From assembly GCF_009914755.1 (NCBI RefSeq), contig NC_060947.1: a stretch of 64,000 bases of DNA; one strand, 5' to 3'. A model generated the notes under the pieces. It was not told where the DNA came from and did not search any database. It worked only from the letters and a program-made list of their open reading frames with translations. This document shows, piece after piece, positions 63,224 through 64,000 of this stretch. The stretch is from the human T2T-CHM13v2.0 reference genome, Homo sapiens. The number at the start of each line of letters is the position of its first letter. Position 1 is the stretch's first letter. The position numbers and the translations under genes were made by a program.

Positions 63224-64000
63224 AATGCACTCATCTCTGTAGAACATCTGCTGTCAAAGGCCAGCCTGTCGTTAGGGCATGGCTTATGCTTGACAAACCA
63301 GTAACAACTGTGGGATGGCGATGGTGGGATGTGTCGCAAGCAATTCACTAGACAATCTTCACATGAATGTCGGTAGCCAGGGTCTCTCCCGAGGGATGGC
63401 TTTAGTCTTGATGAATGTGAACCATGTCGGAATTGTTAGGTAGAAACCTGGGCTGGGAGGCCTCGGACCCCAGGCTCCATCCCTGGCTTCCCCAGCCTGC
63501 GGCCGCAAGCAAAACCAAGCGCGAGATGCAGCTAGCACCCTTCATATCCATCCCCGTTCTCAGCGGGACAACACCATGGACAGCCGTTTTCAGAGCCTCC
63601 AGCATTTGCACACCACTACTCACCCTCTCTGCTGCTGGCATGTTGGTAGAGTCATCCCTGTAATCAAGAAATGGCCTGTGGAATGTTATTGTTCAACGTT
63701 GTTTACAGCTCTTAAAACATGGTGAGGAATGCCTAAGTCTTAGTGACCAAACGTGACCTTGAAAGCAGACATAGCATGACAGACCTTCCTAGAGTGTTTG
63801 GTCGGGTTCACAGTGACCGAGAGTCAGGTCCAGCACACACCTGGGAAAGGGATGCTGCCCCAAGGGGGACCAAAAGGGCCGGACGTTACAGGGTGAAACC
63901 CTCTGACCCCTCGCGACACCGTAGGACTTGACTTTTGTTTAGTCTTTCTAAGAAATAGATCATGGAGCCAAGTGAAGTGCACTTTGTCAAATGTAAGGGT

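Larger units (their letters stand above)
60883..64000 (+). other. TBL1X: TBL1X 3'UTR (probably continues beyond the window)
   Basis: Follows the stop codon, has no recognisable interspersed repeats, and has A/T runs typical of a long UTR; the end point is not demonstrable here. Confidence 0.8.

Overview
This is primate (human-type) genomic DNA. The whole window lies inside TBL1X (transducin beta-like 1 X-linked, the LisH/WD40 subunit of the NCoR/SMRT-HDAC3 corepressor) on the + strand. The first 28.6 kb are part of one long intron. Thirteen GT-AG coding exons follow (28650-60882, 1523 nt), which splice into one intact frame from (G)FSHSAFTFG to VCVLDLRK-stop, then about 3.1 kb of 3'UTR that runs to the window end. 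The start-codon exons lie upstream of the window. The introns are dense in repeats: about 30 Alus, old L1 fragments, MaLR and other LTRs, an internally deleted LTR8-type ERV1 provirus with a 4-bp target-site duplication (TSD), hAT/Tigger DNA-transposon relics and a piggyBac MER85 MITE. There is also a perfect 25-bp x6 minisatellite and a pure (AT)~31 tract. I see no evidence of a new gene or an undescribed biological system. The best leads are modest regulatory or structural ones: MER85, the sense provirus, inverted Alus around exons, the VNTR, a local inverted L1 duplication and a motif-dense intronic block. Repeat family names are by-eye recognition and their boundaries are approximate.
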